From the human T2T-CHM13v2.0 reference genome, Homo sapiens, in NCBI RefSeq assembly GCF_009914755.1, contig NC_060929.1: a stretch of 64,000 nt of DNA. One strand, given 5' to 3'. Positions 44,302-61,488 of the stretch are shown piece after piece. The translations under genes were made by a program, and so were the position numbers. The notes below the pieces were generated by a model. It worked only from the letters and a program-made list of their open reading frames with translations. It was not told where the DNA came from and did no database searches. The first letter of the stretch is position 1; every line of letters begins with the position of its first letter.

Positions 44302-45559
44302 ACTAAAGAAGATTATGCCATTTTAATGACTGGATAATATAGACATATAAACCTAATATAACTCTGAGGTGAAGTATATCCCTTCCAATGTCACATTCAT
44401 TAAGTAAAGAGACATGGAAGAGATGCAGATTCAGTAGAGATCATAAGAAATTTAGTTTTGGATATAATGAATTTTAGGAAAAACTGGGACCATCAAACGA
44501 AAAATGTATATACCTTAGAATAATGAAATGACCCTTCTTAACTTTTCTTTTTGAGCAAATTCCTGTATGACTACAAGTAATAATAAAAGAATATGTGTGT
44601 TGTAGTGGTGGTGGTGGGGGCCTTGCTCAGTTTCTTCAGGTGGCTGAACATTTTCTGGCAATGAGAAAAAGGGACACATAAGATTATTAAGAAAATATAA
44701 ATATGTCAAAGGTATACTTTTTTGCATAATAATAACTTAGCTTCTATGATTACTCAATCTCCTCCTTCGTCAGTGTTCCAAGGGAAACTATGACTTGTTA
44801 GCATTATGACTAAGTGTTAGGAGAGGAAATGCCCATATTGCAAAGTTGCATCCTAAGCAGTCAAGCAGAAGTTTGTGGCTTTCTTTCTGTGAAACTGACT
44901 CTTACAGAATGGCCCTTGACTAAGGGGAGAAGTCATTACACTCTTTCCCGGAACTCTCTACTTCTCCTACCTAAGACATTTATAATTATATGGTTAAGTG
45001 ACTACTTCTTTTGTCTTCAATATAAGAATGTAAATTCTAGGCGAGCTGATATTGTGTCAGTTGGGTGCTTTTGGACTGATTCTAGGAAATAGTACTGTCT
45101 AATATCTATATTAGCTATAGGTATATTATCTATATCTAATATCATGAGCCAGATATTGCACAATAAGAGGAATCAGCATTCTGATCCAGTTCTTCAGCTC
45201 ACTTTCTGTACAACTTGGGAGAATTCATTTAATCTTGCTAAGCATTGGTTTACTCGTGGGTAAAATAAGCTTGTACCTAATAAGCACCTCACAGAATTGT
45301 GATATTCAAAATGAGATAGCACAGTAAATGCACTTTTTAAAGTGGCATACTCATGTAAAGAAGTTGAGGAATAGCTTATTTTATAGAGAAAAAGATTTTA
45401 AAAATCAGTTTTTCTACTTTGCTTACTTTTCCTCAAGTATTCTTGTGTTCTGCAATATGATCTGAGGTTTGAGTTACAACTCTTGTCTGAGATACTAAAG
45501 CTCAAATCTTTAGCCTGTGACAAGTAGAGCACTGAATCTGCTTTTTAAAAACTTTAATA

Positions 45560-48500
45560 GTAAAATGGCATAATTCAAACAGCAATCATTACAATAAACT
45601 TCGTACTATAATGTCTCCTTGTACAAGAAGATGAAAAGGTATTAAAAAACCACATTACAAAAACCAATTTAAAAATTAAAAAAACATACAAAATATGTGA
45701 AAAATATAACAATTAAATGAAAAAAGTGAAAGTTGTCAATATTAATAGGAAGTAAAGCTGAATACAAACCAAAGAACATTAAATTTATTTCCTTTAGCAT
45801 CCTCATTCTCAGATAAGAAAGCTTCCTTTGTGACTGAGAATATAGAAGCAATTCCAAAAGATCTACAACAGGTTCCCACCAGCACATCAGCATCCATACT
45901 GTACTCTTCTCTGTTACTGTGGAAGAGGTCTCCATGTCCCTACCAAAGACTAACCCTGAACATTTTCTTTTATTGAAAGAAGGAAGATCTGAAATCGATA
46001 ATCTCAAGTTACATTGTGAGAAACTGGAAAAAATGAGGAAATCTTAACAAGATAAGCATAAAAAAGAAATCATAAATCACAAAGGGGGAAAACAATTAAA
46101 TAGAAAACAGAAAAGCAGTAGAAACAGATCAATGAAATCAAAAGGTAGTTCTTTGAGATTGATAAAACTGATAAACGTGAAGTGACCAATCAGAAAAAAA
46201 AAGACAGAAGACACAAATCACCAATAAGAAGAATGACAGAGGTAACAACTCTAGAGTTCTTATATAAATTAAAATAATAATAAGGAAACATTATGAAAAA
46301 ATTATATCAACTATTTTGTTAATTTAGTTGAAGTGGAAGAATTCATTTAAAGACATAAACTACCAAAATTCACTCAAGAAGGAATTAATTTATATAGTCC
46401 TACATCTCTTAAATTAATTGAATTTCTAGATAAAAATCTCTGATAAGAAACTCATTGGCTCTGGTGCCATCACTGGTTAATTCTACCAAAAATTTAAATA
46501 AAAAAATACTGATTCTATACACATTCACATATAATATTAACGAAAAGAGAACACTTACTAAATTATTCTATGAAGTTGCCATTAACCTACTAACAAATAA
46601 AAAAAGACATTAAAAGAATAAATAAGAAAAGCAACTACTGCAGATAAATGTCCCTCATGAACAGAGAGGAATGTCCTAAACAAAATTTTAGCAAATAGAA
46701 TCCAACAATATATAACAAGGACAATTAATAATGAGCAACTGGGGCTCAGGCAGAAATGCAATGTTGATTGACATTTAAAATTCAATCAATATAACTCAAG
46801 GTATTGGCAAACTAGAAAAGAAAAACCATGTGATTACTAGTGAAAAACAAAAACATATTTGACTAAAATTCAACATCAATTTCTTGTTAAAGCAAACAAC
46901 AACAGCAATAACTCCCTGCAAATTACATATGGAAGGGAATTTTATTAACGTGATAAAGGGCAGCTATAGAAAACTTGTGGCAAACATCATAATTATGAAA
47001 ACTCAAATGTTTTCCCCCTTTAAACAAGTACAAGATGAAGATTTCCACTCTCACTACTTCTTTTCAATATTTTGCTGGAGGTTTTAGCCAGCACAATAAG
47101 ACAAGAGAGAGAGAAAAAAAAAGAAAGAACAGAACAAAACTTTCAGATGGAAAAGTAAGAAATAATACTGCAATTTTCTTTATTTGAAGATGAAATGATG
47201 GTCTCTGTAGGAAATGTGATGCAATCCACAAAAAAGGATACTAGATCTAACAAGTGAGTTTAGCCAGGTTGGAAGATATAATAACAAAATACATTAGAGG
47301 ATATGGCAACAAAATACAAAATACATTGTACTTCATTTTACAGTTTTATTTTTAATCGACAATGACAATATATGTATTTATAGGGTATATGATGTTTACA
47401 TTATGGAATGATTAAATCACGCAAATTAACAAATCCATCATCTCACATACTTATTTTTTTGTTGTGAAACAAAAAATCTAATCTTTTAGAAATTCTGGAA
47501 TATGCAATGCATTATAAGTTATTATAGTCACTGTTTTGTGCAATAGCTCACTAAAGCTTATTCCTCCTCTCTTACTGAAACTTTGATCATGTTCCCTTTC
47601 CCCACCTAACTGCCTCCACCAGCCTCTTGTAACCACCATTCTACTTTCAAAACAAATTGTATTTCTATAAACTAAGAGCAATCAGAAATTTAAATGAAAA
47701 TAATTCTAACAGCATCAAAATATGAACTCTGTTGAGCTTGTAAATGTCCTATACATTAAAATTTTTAAAAAAGCATTGTGAGGTAAATTAAAGGAAACTT
47801 AAATAAATAGAAAGATATGCCTTTTTCATGGGTCAAAAAAATCATTTTTGCTAAATATCATTTCTCCTCCAAATTGATTTATATGTTCAATGCAATTCTT
47901 ACTAAAATTCTAGCAATGTTTTATGCAGAAATTGACAAGATTATTCTAAAATTCATATGGAAATCTAAAAGTCCTAGCATAGTCAAAACAACTTTGAAAA
48001 GGAGAACAGCATTAAAACTAACATTACCATTTTTCAGGACTAATTATAAAGCTATAGATATCAAGACAGTATATCATTGGAGTCAAGATAGAAAAATTGA
48101 TCAAAAGATCAGAATAGAAGGTCCAAAAATAGATCTATATACATATAAAAATGATTTTATAAAAAGATCTAAAGACAATTCAGTGGAAAAAAATGCTTTT
48201 CAACAAATGCTGCAAAAACAATTGAATGTACATAGACAAAAACAATGAACATCAATTATAAAAACATTAATTCAAAATGGATCCCTGAACTAAAATCAAA
48301 ACGATATAACTTTAAAAATTATGATTTTAGAGTAGGTAAAATTATTAGATATGACATGAAAAACATCATCCATTAAAGAATATTTTGTAAATCAGACTTC
48401 ATCAAAATTGAAAACTTCTGTTTTTCAAAAAAACTCTAATCGAAAAAAACAAGTTACAGGGTGGAGAAGGTACTTTCAAAGCACATATTTGATAAAGAAG

Positions 48501-48605
48501 AATTTGTATAATGCTCTTTAAACTTAACCAAATATAAATGAATGTTATCATGTATAAAAGATTTGAAGTAGACATTTCATCAAAGAATATACATGGATGG
48601 AAATA
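45560..48605 (+). mobile_element. Old L1M ORF2 remnant, with an antisense L1MA 3'-end insertion at ~47345-47650
   Basis: ORF 47817..48248 (KLIYMFNAI...EIDKIILKFIWK...YKAI.IKTV) is decayed ORF2; A-rich sense strand. Confidence 0.8.
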
Positions 48606-50405
48606 ATCCACCATAGCATGGTGGCTACAGTCCAGAAAGGTGCATACCAAGAGGGAGCATCCTGACAGCAGGGGTTCCCAGACAGCCAGGTGCATCCTCT
48701 GTGGCTTTGTATGATCTACCCTCCCTTTTGACACAGTCTAGTGACTAACACAATCCTAAGCCCACCCAGATTCAGGGGCATTAACTATAGACCTCACTTC
48801 TCAATGAAAGGAGTATAATCAGTTTTGAGACAGTTTTAAAATTGCCACACTGTGATAAATTAAAAGTCAGATCACGTGCTGCCTAAGCCTGTCATTCTAG
48901 AGGAAAAGATTGGAAAGAGTCAGAGTGAAAGTGTATTTTGGCTTTTATTTTCTTATTTTACATGATAGGATAAGAAAAAGAACTTAGGCAGGTATTTGGA
49001 GACTTGTAATTAGAAATTAAAGGAAATGTAGAGAATACTAAGAAATGTGATGCCGTAAAGGAAATTTAAAAGCTATTTTCTTCTAGACACCCAAAAGTAA
49101 GAAATGCTTTTAGTAACAAAAACCATACGTATTTTCTGAGTTTAAAAAAGGTTTTCAGGTTTGTTGCCATGATCATATTAAGACTGTTGACTTCTCACCT
49201 AAGCTTATAGTTTCAGATGGCCACAAACTATCTGCCATTAAATTTAGAAACAGAGGTAAAAGAATAAAGAAAAAAAAAGGTAAGCTTCAGAATTGTGGCT
49301 AGAAAGAACTTAGGACACTTTTAAAATAGTTACTGGTGTATGGAAAAAAATTAAACAAACAGTTAAGGAACCCTCTAAATGTTGAGGGATTTATATTGTC
49401 AGATAAACAATAAGCCAAGATTAAAGAAACTATGACCTTCAATAAATTTTCAAGACCCAGAAAATGACCATAAACAAGTAGCCTTTGAAGGTAGTACAGC
49501 CCCAAAAAGTAAATGTGGTTTTCTAACTTTATCTCAGTTTGGTTTTTGGTAGAAATGCAAGAGCCTATCAGAGGGCACAGCCAGAAACGACCAAGAACAA
49601 CTGACAAGGGCATTATTTTCAATAACAGAATCAGAGTCTTATCAAAAGCTATATGCCACTGCCAGCCCAGGGTGTCTCTACCCTTCCAAGTAAGCAATTT
49701 TTATCAGTGCTATGTGCCAATGACATCTATATGTATCTCATTACACTTTTTTTTAATGAGAGTTTAAATTATGATTATCCTGTTCATATTCCTCTACTGT
49801 ATAAAAATCATGGGGGAGGGGTGAGGAGTTGATAAGTCTCCATAAAGAGCTACTTTTAGAAACCTTGAACTTTCTGGTGGTTGCAATGACTGGATAAGAC
49901 TTTACTTGGTCTCCTTTGAGGGGCAGGGTATATCCCACATGTGGACAAAAGGGTGTGCACAGTTTTTTATTGGTCACGGGGCCTAATTGTCTACAAAACT
50001 CATACTACAAAACTATAATATAGAACATTTCTGGGAATTGGAAGTCTAATAAGGGAATCTATTTCTCTGTCCTTTTTGCATATGGTGTTACTATATGCCT
50101 AATTCTCAGCAACAATGAACAAAAATGTTGTATTCCACTTTTAAGCCACCTTTAAAGAATCACAATATTTTATTCTTCTCACCACTTTGATGCAAATGAG
50201 CAGGGCAAATTTGAGCCATGTATTGAAAATGGAAGAGCCAGAAATGAAAGGAGACTGGGTATCTCCATCACTGCCTGAAGGCAAACGGCCTGTGAATTAG
50301 GGACAATCATGGGGATGTTATGCAATTGAGAAACAGACTTCTATCCTCTACAAATTATTACACAAAGGGGTTATTTGTTGTATCAGCTGGGATTACCCTA
50401 AGTAA
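48606..50405. mobile_element. Old MaLR (MLT1) LTR and internal fragments
   Basis: gcccacccagattcaggggc ... agacctcacttctcaatgaaaggag (MLT1 LTR end); further MLT1-like sequence to ~50400. Confidence 0.45.
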
Positions 50406-50723
50406 AACATTTGTAATAAAAGGCACAGTGCAAAATTTACCTGCATTAGGGTATGGAGATAAGGGAGTTATTGGGTCATGCTAGCTTTAGAAATTAAATC
50501 ATGCAGGCATTGATGATTCCACTCAAAGTAGTTATTTTGCTTTTGTTACTTGTTCTAGTGGCTGTAAAGGATACTGGCATGTATCAAGTAAACGCTACCC
50601 TTACAGGCAATATTGTATTTTAAGTAATAAATAACTTAATAGTAGACATATAGTCATGATATGCCACATGCTATATGCCATGAAAGATAAAATGCTATAC
50701 TTCATTTTAAGTCAAAAGAGATT

Positions 50724-51045
50724 GGCCGGGCGCGGTGGCTCACGCCTGTAATCCCAGCACTTTGGGAGGCTGAGGCCGGTGGATCACCTGAGGTCAGGAG
50801 TTTGAGAACAGCCTGGACAACATGGCGAAATCCCGTCTCTAATAAAAATACAAAAAAAAAAAAATTAGCCAGACATGGTGGTGCGTGCCTGTAGTCCCAG
50901 CTACTCGAGAGGCTAAAGCAAGAGAATCGCTTGAACCCAAGTGGTGGAGGTTGGCAGTGAGCCAAGATCGCGCCACTGCAGTCCAGCCTGAGCGACAGAG
51001 CGAGACTCTGTCTCTATTAAATAAAAAAAGAAAAAAGAAAAGAAA
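50724..51045 (+). mobile_element. AluSx-like element
   Basis: Full Alu; TSD aaagagatt. Confidence 0.93.
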
Positions 51046-52525
51046 GAGATTTATTGATTCCTTACTGGATAACTGCAGAACACATTTGAGAATAGGCTTC
51101 ATTTTAGATTAGTCAGGAAAATTGAGTTAGATTCTGAGAGGTAAAGGTAGCAAAATGTGCTTTAGCAGAGAAAATATTAATGGGCAAAAGTACTGAAAAG
51201 TACTAGTGGTTCAAGTCTCTGATAACTGGAAGGGAAACTGGGAGATGGAGTAAGAAGAGAAGTATGCCATATTGCAGAAGAACTTTGAATCACAAGCTAA
51301 AGCTCTTTAATTTTATTGAGCAAGCTTAAACAATGGGAAGGCACACCCAGTTATTTTTCCTTGGGGTGGCTTGGTCAGACCAGAGATGATAGGCTTGGGG
51401 GAGAATTTGTGTAGCAGACATAATGGGAATTTTTGAATTTAGAAATAAAAATATCACAGAGGATTTTTATTCCCAAAGTTGAGGGCAAACCTAATAACAA
51501 TTTGTTTAAAGTAAATCACCTGATCTGGGCATTACTGCTTCCTTGTGATTTTAAAAGACTTTGGCAAACTTTCCCTCTCATATTTCAGTGTCTTAGCAAA
51601 CATTTAAGAGGCTTCCTCTGATGCTTATAATTAAACTTCAAAGGGAAGGGGGAAAAGCCAGACATGTAGCTGAGATGAAACTATTTCTTTTTTTTTTCTC
51701 TCATTGTTACCAATATGCAATTCTACCTTGCTTATTTTCCATTACATTTTCCAGAGGTAGTATTGACATTTATTATGTTCTGATTTAAGATGGTAGGGAA
51801 AGTCAGTATGTTGGCAAGAATTTTTACTGCTGTATGATTTAGACCTAGCTCTCATTTCACTTTGGGCCACCGTACTTACTGAAAACAGCATGGTGTTGCA
51901 TGACCTATTTTGTACTTACTGGCCTCTTTTCAGTCTCCTTTTCAACCATCTTTACCTGATATCCAGTGCTCTGGCCTGCTGAACTATTTGGTGTTAATGC
52001 AATCAACATTCTTCACACACTCATGTCTATTTTCATGGGTGGTAGTTTAATTTTCTTTCGGATATGTGTCCTCCTATTCTTCTTCAACAGCGAACATTAC
52101 TATTCTATCTACAAGCAGTCTTATTTTGCCTCGGAACTCTTATTTAGCCTTCAAGATTCATACCTGTGCAACTGTATCTTTTAAATGGGGCTTTCTCTGA
52201 TGACATTGTGTTAGCAAAAGTAATTGGTTCTTTATTTATGTATTCACAGCTCTTTGGGCACATTCTGTTTTCTAGGATGTTATCCCATTATGTTTGAATT
52301 ACATTGTATGTATTTGATTTGCTAAACCGTGAGCTTCTTGAGTACAGGGATAACACAGTGTAAGTACTATATTCAAGCCATGTGCAAATTGGTATGAGAA
52401 CATAGAAGAATTAAAAACAAACAAACCTTTAGAAACCATTGAAAAACTGCCACAATCAAAGAATAGCATAGAAAATTAGAAGGCAGTTCACATAAGATAG
52501 CAAAAAGACTAACAAATAAAAAATG

Positions 52526-52679
<154 letters not shown>

Positions 52680-52862
52680 TTAAAACAGTTTGTATTTTTT
52701 CACTCAAGACATATTGTATAACCTCAGACTCAGCCCAGGAAAATCAGTAGTAGAATTTAAGAGAACAATGAAAGAAGCACATGTTCTGCTTTAAGATCAT
52801 TATAATCTCATGCTATAGACTAAGCATGAATCAGTCAGTAAATAATGTAACAGAGCAACTTA

Positions 52863-53304
<442 letters not shown>

Positions 53305-53935
53305 GTTTTTAATATGACAAAATGCACATAACTTAGTATTCACTATCTTAATCATTTTTAAGTGTCCAGTTCAACAGTTCAGTGGCATTAAGTGTGTTCG
53401 TTGTGTGTGCAGCTATCACTACCATCCATTTCCAGAACTATTATACTACGTCTTCCTCAACTGAAACTCTATACCTATTAAACAATAACCTGCATTACCC
53501 ACTTTCCCCAGGCCCTGGAAACTACCATGATACTTTCTGTCTCCCTAATTTTGACCATTCTGAGTACTTCATAAAAGTGGAATAATACAAAATTTGTCTT
53601 ATTGTGACTGGTTTATTTCGCCTAGCATACTGTCCTCAAGATTCATCCATGTTATAGAATATGTAAGAACTTCCTTCCTTTTTAGAGCTGAATAATATTG
53701 CATTTTTCTCTGCATAAATATGCGTGTGTGTATAGAAACATATATATAATAACAAGTATATATAAATGTGGTATATATACACATTATTTTCACATTTTGC
53801 TTATCCATTTATCTGTTGAAAGACACTTGAGTTGCTTCTACATTTTAGCTACTGTAAATAACGCTACTATGAATATATATGAACAAATATTTCTTTGAGA
53901 CTCCTTTTCAAGTATTTTTGGTATATACACAGAAA
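53305..53935 (-). mobile_element. L1MB-type 3' end fragment
   Basis: cagtggcattaagt ... accatccatttccagaac ... caagattcatccatgtt ... gctgaataatatt. Confidence 0.8.
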
Positions 53936-53949
53936 TCCCACCGAAACTC

Positions 53950-54258
53950 TTTTTTTTTTTTTTTTTGAGATGGTGTCTTCCTCTGTTGCCCAGGCTGGAG
54001 TGCAGTGGTGTGATCTTGGCTCATTGCAACCTCCACCTCCTGGACTCAAGGGAGTCTCCTGCCTCAGCCTTCTGAGTAGCTGAGATTACAGATGCTTGCC
54101 ACCAAGCCTGGCTAATTTTTTTTTTTTTTTTGTATTTTTAGTAGAGATGGGCTTTCACCATGTTGGCCAGGCTGGTCTCGAACTCCTGACCTCAAGCAAT
54201 CTGCCTGCCTCGAGCTCCCAAAGTATTGGGATTACAGGCATGAGCCACTGCACCCAGT
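53950..54258 (-). mobile_element. AluS element
   Basis: Full reverse Alu. Confidence 0.93.
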
Positions 54259-55802
54259 TTTGGATTACCTTGTAACTCTCACTCTCTTTGATCTTTTAAA
54301 TAATCTTATTTTTTAAATATTCATTTTTAAAATCCAAATTCGGATGCAATCAGTGAGGGTGTGATTCTATGTCAAGAGTCAAAAAGATCTTTATATATTA
54401 AAAATGATGATGAGTCAAAATGAACAAGATGAAACTTGATTAATGGCTTTCTATGTATGTCAAGAAAATGAACCACAAAAAGAGAGGAAAACAGAGCTCT
54501 GATTTTGTATTTGTGGCATGCTTTATATATCATCATTTAGGTTAGTTATAAACATACTGACTGGGACAAGATTCTATTCCTCTTGGTTATATTAATTAAT
54601 CTATCGGCACTTTTTTGTTCAGTTGTTCAGTCAGGTGTAGTAGTCTACCCATGTATCTTTATCCGTTTACAAAGTCAGCACGAGAGCTTATCTAATGCCT
54701 TGCTGATGTTCAAATCCGTCGTATCTGCAGATACCTTATACCATCAGTCTAGTTACACTGTCAACGAAGAAAACAAAGTCACTGTGACCTAGTTTTTTCT
54801 AAACCTAGGGATCATGGCATCCTTTTGTCATGTTCTTAAGGCTATGCTAAACTAATCTCCTCCTGAATAATTCTCTGAATTAACGTTAAGCTAAAACACT
54901 AAAACTGAAAAGCAAAGAGATTTGAGGAGACCTACCACAAAACACATGTACAAAATCCAACTTTAATAAATGAATTTAAGAAGAAATATCCAAAAACATA
55001 AAAAAGAAAGCAAATTAAGAAGAGATTTTGAATGAAATATAAACTACTTAATGCTTTATTAATATTTATAATATCTGTTAACTTTCAAAAGTTTTATATT
55101 GCAAACTATACTTTGTGATGTAGTTTGATTTCCATTGTAGCAAACGTAATTTAGAGAAATGTAGATTGCTTTGATCCTGGTGAAAAGGGATCTGAAAGGA
55201 GAATAAATTGTGGAGCAGAAGTGATGAATAACACAGTTTATATGAATTGGACAGAGAGAGAACTGTCACTCGATAATCTACAAATTGGAAAAACTAACTT
55301 CCAATTATGTACTTAGTGAAATGTACTCTCGTGCAAGAGCCAGTGAGTATTAGAAATTTTTCCTTTTATCTCCTTAGGAAACAGATAAGAATATAGAGAT
55401 TCCCAAGTGAGACTGCAACTGTGTTAAAATATATCAGTAAGAAATTGAAGAAACGAAAGCAATGACAGAAAACTAGAGATGGGCAAATATCTACATGTTT
55501 AAAATAAGTAAGAAGATAAATTTTGGAAAATGTCAGAATAGTTACTAATAATCCCTGATAATCATATAGTGGTAATTATTTTTTAATCATATTCTTTGAA
55601 TAAATATTTATGCAGTAATTGCTAAATATTAGATGAAAATTTGAAAAATTAAAGATTAATAAGGTACAGATTCTGCTCATAAAGAGCATGTAGACAAATA
55701 GAGGAGATACCATATAGGCATAATTTTATAATGTAGAACAGTTTCACAAGAAAAGTAAATACATATATTCTGAGAATTAAGAAGTATTATTAGTGTCAAA
55801 GG

Positions 55803-56400
<598 letters not shown>

Positions 56401-56679
56401 TAGAATGTCTGCCTTGGAGGATAAAGAAATGCTCTGTGAAGAGTAACATAATTTGGACTTTTTATTGTTTGATATATAGAATTGAGAGATATAATGATTA
56501 AAGAAAATAACATCCCAGGCAAAGGCAACACTGTAAGTTCAGGTAGGCAAATAGATATGTAATGAAAATAAATGAGAAATGAGGAAGAGCTTATTTTGGA
56601 AGAGGTATAGAGTCTATGATGGGGAAGAGCAGGACATATGATAATATGAGCATTTAGGAAAGAAGGTGAGGATAATTGG

Positions 56680-56960
56680 TAGTCCACATAAATTCATTAC
56701 AAGCAAGTCATGCCAAACTTCCTTCATTGTATTTCACAAGGATGAGAAGCTTGATACCATGCCATACAATATATGAATATTGATTTCAGTAGAGTAACTT
56801 GGAAATAAGTTGGTGAAATATCTTTGAGCTTGCTTTGTTCAGCACTTTTGCAATGACATAGATGATATACTTATTAATGACATAGAAGACAATGACATAG
56901 AAGACATACTTATTAAATTTTCAGTTGATACAAAGGTGGAAAGGATTGCTAAATTGAAGA
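56680..56960 (+). mobile_element. L3/CR1 LINE fragment
   Basis: aagtcatgccaaact ... gatttcagtag ... aaattttcagttgatacaaaggtggaaagga resembles decayed CR1 reverse-transcriptase sequence. Confidence 0.45.
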
Positions 56961-59900
56961 CACTGTCAAGCCTGAGCAATCTTGAGGGACTGAATGCAAA
57001 GTTTAGTTAAAAACTAAAAGTGCTTATAATCAAAGAATGTCAGTGAAATAGGCATATGATGTATGAAAATAACCCAGAAACCTGCTCTTGTTAAGAATAC
57101 TAAAATTCAGAAAGGTTAATTAACATCCCCCATATCATAGAGATTTGGCAGAAGTAGAATGGACACCCCACATCTATCTGGACTCAAAGTCTGTGTTCAT
57201 TCTAATCTATCACAGAACCACAATGTGTATTTCTCAGTAGAACTTTAGGTCATTTTTAAATATTGAGTGGAAGATTGAAGTAAATGTTTTCTAAGATGAC
57301 AATCAAAGAATCTATGTTTTGTTTTTTTCTGCCAAAACATTTAATAATAATTGAATCTAATCCATCAAGTAGAATAGATCAAATTTTATATAAGGTAAGA
57401 TTTATAAGTGTCAAAAATAAAATGTTTATGTTTGTTATCTTCATTTCAGTGTAATATCAGAAAATATGTTATTAATTAAAGGTATTTCAATCTCAGTCAT
57501 TCAACAAAGATTTTCTGAATGGCTATTAATTGCTAAGCATGGTTGAAAGTACAACAGATACCACAATGAAAAAAAAATCTTTCCCACTAAGCACTCACAT
57601 TTTACAAATTTAGTGTGTCTCTCTGGTTCTCCCTTTTTATTCCCTTTTTTCCCCCCAAATATAACATTTGAATCCAGGACAAAGCTTACATAACTTCATG
57701 ACATTTACATGACATTGGCACCTGGTGAGGTATTTCTTACCAGTTGGTCCCTAGATATTGACTTTTATCTCTCCAGGAATTTTTGCAGTGTAATAAAACT
57801 CCTATGGTCACTGTATCATAGAGGGCCTGGTTCTCCATTACCCAGCTCCCTGTTATCTGTTTCATGTGTTATCATACTCTTCTGAGTTATATGATTCCCC
57901 CCATCAAGCTATCAATTGTAATGTCTCTTAACTCAAAGTCCCTTGTTCTGAAATAAAAACCCTTCTTGTTCTTGAGCCCTCCCAGCACTTGGCTATCTTG
58001 GGGACTATGGATTTCAGCTGCTTTTTCTGATCTTCATTGCAACATGACAGACTCCTGTAAGACTGCTATAAAGTCCAAATACTTGGATATCTTCCTCGAT
58101 ACTGCCCACTCTGTTTTACCCATGATATGCTGACTAATGCTTTAGATGCCTCCAACAGCCAAGGAATTTGAACTAAACCAGGACGATGAAGTCTAAGCTC
58201 GAAAACCCCCTTTTTCTTCTCTTCCCGAACCCCTCCTCTTAGTCCTAGGAAACAGTTCTCCTCTTTTCCTAAGTGGTCCAATGGAAGTTCTAAGAAAAAC
58301 AATCTTCACTCTGAATAAAGATTGGATAGTTGCAAATGAAAAATGCTTGACTTTAGTCTATTGTACAGCTAAGGATGTTAACAAAGATCACTTTATAATT
58401 CAATGGCAAGGACTGACTTCCTTGATTAATGCTTTCTTGGATTAAAGTGGTGGCTGTCCTTTTTTTATTTAACAAAAAAAGCCTCTATTTCATGCCCTAT
58501 GCTAAATGGTGGAAGGGTTCAGGGGTTTGAGAGAAAATAGAGTACATAGCTGTCTGAGAAATGACATTTCAAAATAATACATTTTACAATATATATAAGC
58601 AATGGTGGGAAAAGGAAAATGTATATGAACAAGTAAAATGTGAAAACACACAGGCACAGATATATGTATCTCCTTGGATTCAGAGCTAAGCATTCTGAAA
58701 GCAATGAAGCTGCATTTCAATAAATGAAATAATATTATATATATAGTTGGCAGCAAAAAATGACAGAATTAAAATTTACCTTAAATTCTCTTGCATGTGT
58801 ATTAAATGAAATGCAGATGATTTTATATGCTACCATGAATAGTAATTTTTTAATAAATGTATAATGTTTATATAATAAATTTTACATTGAAAATATATTC
58901 TTACAGGGTTTGTGTCTTTACATAAAAATGTATGCATAGCTATATTTTGGAAGACCACTGTACGTATGTTGGGACTGCATTCTAGTATGTCTATATAAGA
59001 GTCATTGCTTCTACTGCATTCTCCCACATCTCCCTTTCTTTTATTTTTTGTTTCTTTTTTGCTTTTGCCTGATTCAGTATATTGACATTTACTTATTCTT
59101 TAATGTTAAGATTTTTAAAACTTTTCCTATTTTTCTTCAGGGAATTAATTAAAACAAAGTTCAAACTACTGTCTTTTACTTGCTATGCAGCCAAACGACT
59201 ATAATTTTATGTAGTCTGTGAATAATTGCCTTTAATTTATTAACTTCTAGTATTTCACCTTCTTATTTAAAGAGCCAATTAAGTGATTTCCCAGAGAATG
59301 TTTCTTACCTTTTCCTTTAGGTTGTATTAAAACAAAACCAAAAACTTTCATATGGCCTCAGAAACCTAAGAAAAAGGATAATTCAATCATTAGGGACCAG
59401 ATTCTTTCTTAAACTATATATATTTATGATATAATATTTCCTTCCCTATGTCTATCCAGAGCCAATACTTAATATGTGCTTTCATGTTCCTAAGCGTTTT
59501 TGTGGTAGGTAGTGTAAATGTTGAGGATAGAGAATTGAAAACATTCTGAAAAAGAGGACAGAGTCATTCTAAATAAGAATAATTCTATTAAAAAATCACC
59601 TATTAAAAAAGAACTCTTGAAGATCAGAGGAAAGCAGGGAAGGAAAGACTGGAAGATAGGGAGATGGTAATATTTAGGTGAACAGTGACTGAGAGTGTAG
59701 AGGTGAATATGAGAAGCAAGGACCAAAAATGAAACTCTGGGGAGAGAGGAAGAAGTTTAAACAGGAAGTTTAGAAACATCACCGTGAATTTAATGATGGC
59801 ATATGATCGACTACCACTGTTATGTTGATTTTTTTTATTACTATTTGTTTATGCTTTCAAACTTTTGTCACTTTTGGACATGATTATTATTAGACTAATT

Positions 59901-60510
59901 CTGTACATTCTAGTCACAGAAGGAGGGAAAAAAAGGTGGTCAAAGAAGGAAGAAACATAGGAAGTAGAATGGAAAGAGGGAGGAAGGTCACAGCAGTACC
60001 TAAAACCATGCTATGCAATGCTTTAGTTTTAGGAACTGATCTTTATATTATCTCATATGAATGAGAAAACATACTTAAAGATCACAAATGGGTAAATTGT
60101 ACAACTGTTGTTTTTAAATTTCATGACTTAAGCAATTTCCCATATATTTTGTTTTTCTAGCTATTTTGACTCCTCTTCCCATAAAGGATTCAAGAAAATT
60201 TTAAATATAGTTTTTAAGGTTTTTCAGTAGTGTCTTTGAATACTTTTAACATCTGACCTACATCTTTCTGTAAAGGACTTTAAGATGATTTCCCTCATGA
60301 TATTTTCAATAGCAGTTTATGATTTGAGGTAGACGTTCTTGTTATCACTACAACCATTCTTTTTTGTTGCTGTTTCCTGAAAGAAGGTTGTGGCATCGCA
60401 CTCTTTGATCTATCTTGCAATTAAATTGGCCATGAAAGATAATGTGATTCATCTAACTTTTATATGAAAAGTAAAAGGAAATATATTGCTCATTTCAAAA
60501 ATTCAATTCA

Positions 60511-60892
<382 letters not shown>

Positions 60893-61488
60893 CTATTTAT
60901 TTTGACTCAAAACTGGACAACCACTGGCATTTGACTGCTATAATGATTTAAAAATTAATAAGCTGATTCCTGCTCAGAAAATGCTTCTTCTAATGCAGTT
61001 CTAGCTACAGTGTGGAATATCTGTCTCCTTTAGGTACACCTTGGATGATCTGGACTCTAAAAATCCAAGTTACACCCAAGATTCCATTATCCTGTGGTTA
61101 CTCACTTGGACCACAGACATGTAGGACCTGTCTGAAAGAAATATAAGAATCAAGTGGAAGTCAACCAGTGAATCATCCCTATAATGTAGTGAAACTTTAG
61201 AAAGAAGAGCCGGGAGGATGTATTGGTTGTTAGGAAAATGTAGGCTACCAGTAGAAAATGACATTCTCTATTAATAAGATCTGAGGTGCGACACACATAA
61301 TTGTCCCAATTTTTAAGATTGATGGGGAGCATGAAGCATTTTTTTAATGTGTTGGCAGGCCCCATTAAATGCATAAACTGCATAGGACTCATGTGGTCTG
61401 AATGTATTTTAGGGCTTTCTGGGAATTGTCTTGACAGAGAACCTCAGCTGGACAAAGCAGCCTTGATCTGAGTGAGCTAACTGACACA

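Noticed and set aside
56871-56915. Short tandem duplications (aatgacataga..., atacttatta)
   Set aside because: Local slippage in a decayed CR1 fragment; too short and irregular to be an array.
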